Below the pieces are notes generated by a model. It did not search any database and was not told the origin of the DNA. It was given only the letters and a program-made list of their open reading frames with translations. Both the position numbers and the translations under genes were made by a program. 64,000 nt of DNA from Raja brachyura (taxonomy: Eukaryota): contig OY740805.1 in NCBI GenBank assembly GCA_963514005.1, forward strand, positions 12,524,001 through 12,588,000. Reading direction: 5' to 3'. Shown in pieces: positions 59,209 through 64,000 of the stretch. Positions within the stretch are counted from its first letter, which is position 1, and each line of letters starts with the position of its first letter.

Positions 59209-61792
59209 CGGTGAGTGCAGGGCCAGTGATGATCACAATCTGTGCCCAGTCCCATCACTGGGGGAGATTCTCCATCAGAAACTCCCAAGGCTGCTCCTTG
59301 TTCACCCCTCTGGTACCAGGGCTCCACCATTCACCCTCTGACCAGACACGTTATCCGAACCTTCAGTGAAAATGGAAATCCAGGGAGGTTTAAATCTTGG
59401 AAGGCCAATTTCATTCAATAAGGGAACACCTGACAAAGGTGGAGACACAAGAGACTGCAGATGCTGGAATCTGGAGCAACACACAATCTCAGGCGGACAC
59501 AGGGTGTCAAGCCGAAAAAAGTCAACTGTTCATTCTTCTCATGATGCTGCTCAACCTTTGGTTTGTTGTTCCTGGCCCAGGTGAATCGAGAGCATCTACT
59601 TGCAGTAAGTCCACATCTACACAGTGGGTGGGAAGCAATCAAAGGAGAAATAACGAGAATTAACCCAATCAACCACCAGACCTGACTCCCCATCATTGAC
59701 TACATTAATGATGTAACTTCACCACTGACATGAGAGCGCGCAGTGGTACAGTGGCAGAGCTGCTGCTTTATAGTGCCATATACCTGCGTTCAATCCTGAC
59801 TACAGGATTTATACGTTCTCCTTGTGGGTTTTCTCTGGGTGGTCCAGTTTCTACCCACACTCCAACGACATACAGGTTTGTAGGTTCATTTGGCTTCTGT
59901 TAGTTGTAATTTTGTGCATGCCTAGTGTGCAGGGTAGTGCTAGTATACAGTTACTGTTGGTCGGCGCAGACTCTGTTGGCTGAAGAGCCTGTTACCATGC
60001 TGTATATTCTGATGTCTAAAATAAAGTAAAGCCACACATGCTGCCTCAAGAAAGCAGCAAATGTAATCTGAAGAAAGGTCTCATCTCGAAATATCGCCTA
60101 TACCTTTTCTCCAGTGATGTTGTCTGACCCGCTGAGTTACTCCAGCTTATAATCAAAGACTTGCCCTACCCCGGTCATTCCTTTTTGCTCCCTGCTCCTA
60201 TTCAAAAGAAGGTACAGAAGCTTTAAATTGCTGCACCAGACTCAGGAACTGCTTCTTCCCCTCTGTATTCAGGCAACTGAACGACCCTTCCATAAGTATT
60301 GTTCAATTCACCTCTACCCCATTAAGACATCAGACTTTGTCTATAACACTATTGCACTATAAGCTCTTAGGGCTAAAGGAATCAAGGAATATGGGGAAAA
60401 AGCAGGAACGGGGTACTGATTTTAGATGATCAGCCATGCTCGAAGGACCAAATAGTCTCACTTGGCTTAACTCCATCTTGTCTGGTTGCTGACCCATGGC
60501 AGCAGAAACAACTTCACCTGTCTGCTGTGTGAGAGCCCTTCATGATCGAGACCTCACCACATATACCTGTCCAATCGTCTCTGCCTCGGAGACACATCCA
60601 GCTTCTCCACACCCCACACGAGAGTGACGGAGAGTTGGCAATGTAAGGTGGGCACCATCAGAGCTTATACACGGGGTGGAGCTGTCTGAGGTCACGGCAA
60701 TTGTTGAACCAGAGCCCCGCGAACATGTATGTAAAGTTTGGACAAATCGGTAAAATAGAATCCGAGTACAGGAACTGAGGAGAGGGAGGGATGAGATCTA
60801 CCTTGTTACAACTGTAGGAAATGTGCACACCTGCAGGTTTCACTTCAGACTGTACTGGAACTATATGGAGAGCAGAGTAGTGGGGAGTGTGTGGACAATG
60901 GGATTGGTCTAGGAATGATCAGGTGGAGAGTGTGGGAAATGGGATTAGTTTGGGAGTTATCAGGGGGAGAATGGAATTGGCCTGGGGTTGTTACAGAGCA
61001 ATGGAAACGTGGTATTCCAAAATAGTGTACCCGTGAGAGTTTTGGTGCATTTTAGTGTGAAGAAAACAAAGATGAGAATTTGACTGGAATGCAGGTGGTG
61101 GAGAGAACAGTCAGGCTGAAATCATTAAACATGGTGACAGAGGTTAATGAAGCTGCATTGCGGGCAGAATGAGCCCTGGGGTTTGTTTCAAGAGGGATCC
61201 TGACTATATCTGCTGGGGAATGGTGCACATGCTGGGTCTCCTTCTCCTTGACAAGTAAAACCTACCGAATAGTGAAAGGACTGGATAGAGTGGATGTGGA
61301 GAGGATGATTCCACTCTTGGGAGATTCTAGGACCAGAGGACACATTCTCAGAATAAAAGGACATACATTTAGAAAGGAGATGAGGAGGAATTTCCTTCGT
61401 CAGAAGGTGGTGAGTCTGTGGAATTCATTGCCACAGACAAAAGGGAGGAGGGTGCCCCCCTCCCATTGGTACGGAGATTTTGCATTTTTCAGCTTGAAAT
61501 TGTACAATCTGGTGCATACTTGGCGAGTCATTTAACTTACACTTGAATGCAATATTTATGCTTTAAATTGGATCAGCTATGAATAAGGTTAGAGTAAATT
61601 ACATTCCACAGTAGAGCCCAGGCTTTGATCAACACGTGCAGCACATGAATGATCTTAGTGTATTCATGTATGGAAATCAGATTATAATCAGACACTTGGC
61701 CCATGTTGACCAACCTGGGTCACTGCACTCCTGGTACTACTCCTGAACCTGACTCCAGTTGCATACCTTCTTTCATGCCTCACCCTGAGGTA

Positions 61793-62449
61793 TAATTGTG
61801 CTGATACTGACCCCAACCAACCACGTAATGAATATCAATCATTCCGGAGGTTTTTATTATGGAGCACTTCATAGACCAAATTATGTATAACAAAATGTGC
61901 TACATGCATTGGCTTCCTTGTTACCTAACATGCTAGTTACTTTGTCAAATAAGTCATCAATTGTTTGAACATAATTTCTCATCCATAAAATTATACTCAC
62001 GCAGCTGTATAAGTATTCTGTTACCATTTATTTCATTTTCCTAACAAACTGTCCTGAAGTCATTTTCACCCCCAATATTTTCAGTATTTTGCTGTCTTCC
62101 TCTCAGCTGGGACTTTCCCGAAATGCAAAGTCCAATAACTACATATTTAAGCAATATTATTATATTAAATGTGATCTTGAGAGTACATAATATTTTCTGT
62201 AGTATTCATAACACAACAATGATAAAAAGATCTTTGTTTTTGATTACACCTACCAACATGCATACATTATTATATTACAATTAATATGTACCGAGGGCAA
62301 ATTTTTGTTCCAATGCTCCCCATTCCTAATTACTTTTACATTGAAGTAATTGAAATCCAAGTGAAGTTTAAATGGCATCAGAAAATAAAAACCTCCGGAA
62401 TGGATGATATTCATTACGTGGTTGGTTGGGGTCAGTATCAGCACAATTA
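61793..62449. mobile_element. MITE-like element with 66-bp terminal inverted repeats
   Basis: 61793-61858 is the near-perfect reverse complement of 62384-62449; AT-rich non-coding interior. Confidence 0.8.
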
Positions 62450-63574
62450 CTATATTAAACTTTGACTCTTCAGATGTCCTGGTTCAAGCTAAAACTAAAG
62501 ACAAATAATAATCTCAGCACACATTCCCCTGCAAGTATGGCTGTTACTCCTTTAAAATATGCCCCTTAACAAGCTCTGAAACATCACATTTTAATCAGTT
62601 TCCATCTGATTACACTCCTTGAGGATGTTCATCTATGTGTTCGATTAATAAAACAACGAGATTGAGGACATTTCTATTCAACCTGTCAAAGGAATTTGGG
62701 GGTGGGGGGATTGAAATAGTCACTGAGGTAAACAAACATAGTAGTTGAGTGGCAAATGACAATAGTGCTACCTTCCCAATATTTAACTGAAGGAAATAAT
62801 GGGTTATCGGGGCTGTATGTTGTGACAGACAGCCTGACACCTTGCATGTCATTTTGATATTACACTTATCCCATCCCCCTGGATATTCCGGATTAATAAA
62901 TTAAGGTTTTGTCAAATAATTACAAATCAGGTTAATTACAATTCAATAACATTAGCCAAGTCCGCACCATGAAGCGCTGAGCATTGGGATCCATGCATCA
63001 TGGACAACTGGCCTCAGTTCCCCCCTCACATCTGGCAGTGCTCTCCATCTGAACCAGGGGCCGCGGAGCGTTTTTGAAAGTGGGGAGGCTGAGCGATCAC
63101 TGATCACTGGCCATGGGGTATCCGGTGAGGGAGTGGAGCATCCGAGTGGGGAGAGGGTGTGGAAGGGCGGTGTCCCCCCTCCCAGGGTAGGGGCTTTTTG
63201 AAATTTGATGTATTAAAATCATGTTTTAGTGCACTGTAGAAGTATGATTTCAATGATTTTTGTATGAAGTATTTTTAAGAGGTAACTTTTTACGGGGTAA
63301 CTTTTCCCACACAAAGGGTGGTGGGTGTATGGAACAAGCTGCCAGAGGAGCTTGAGGCAGGGACCATCCCAACATTTAAGAAACAGTTACACATGGATAG
63401 GACAGGTTTGGAGGGATATGGATCAAAAGCAGGTAGTGTAGTTGGGACAAGTTGGCGGGTGTGGGCAAGTTGTGCCGAAGGGCCTGTTTTCACACTGTAT
63501 CACTCTATGTCTACATTATACCTCCACCATACATGAATGCTTCAAAATCAAGTGATCGAGTTTTATTGCCACAA

Positions 63575-63902
63575 AGAAACATAGAAAATAGGTGCAGGAA
63601 TAGGCCATTGGCCCTTCGAGCCAGCACTGCTATTCAATATGATCAACTAAAATCAATACCTCTTTCCTGTTTTTTCCCCATATTCCTTCATTTTGTTAGC
63701 CCCAAGAACTAAATGTAACTCTCTCTTGAAAACATCCAGTGAATTGGCCTCCACTGCCTTCTGTGGCAGAATTCCACAGATTCACAACTCTCTGCGTGAA
63801 GAAGGTTTGTCCTCATCTCAGTCCTAATTAGCCTACCCCTTATTCTTAAACTGCGGCCCCTGGTTCTGAACTTCCCCAACATCGGGAACATTTTTCCTGC
63901 AG
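63575..63902 (-). mobile_element. CR1/HER1-like LINE 3' fragment
   Basis: AGKMFPMLG..RTRG.SLRIRG; CR1 tail. Other 3' fragments at 25488-25818, 27256-27488 and 61255-61438. Confidence 0.85.
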
Positions 63903-64000
63903 TTACAGTAAGTGAAAATCTAGCAGGCAAGCAGGATGCTTTCTCCAACCACCCCCATTTGAAGGCCATTATCTTCCACTGTTTCTACCCAGTGCTTGGT

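Overview
Repeat-rich vertebrate genomic DNA, most likely from a cartilaginous fish (inferred from HE1/HER1-like SINE/LINE content and a shark-type MHC protein). The one host gene is an apparently intact MHC class II alpha-chain gene on the + strand. It has four coding exons (23324-23387, 36645-36893, 48131-48412, 59063-59208), a 741-nt CDS (246 aa) spread over ~36 kb, and an X/Y promoter module with the canonical 20-bp spacing. Upstream is an almost perfect 8.78-kb tandem duplication (1646-10425 / 10429-19207) carrying candidate NF-kB and PU.1-IRF enhancer motifs. The introns are inflated by nested mobile elements: a ~9.4-kb Helitron hosting a DIRS1 retrotransposon, a foldback element and a CR1; an L1; Penelope-like elements with hammerhead ribozyme motifs; CR1, Rex1 and RTE LINEs; tRNA-derived SINEs; and ~5 kb of C/T-rich DNA, 3.7 kb of it abutting the peptide-binding exon. 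There are two assembly gaps. No class II beta gene was seen. Most ORFs in the supplied track are spurious or TE-derived, and I found no demonstrably new biological system, only the testable candidates listed.
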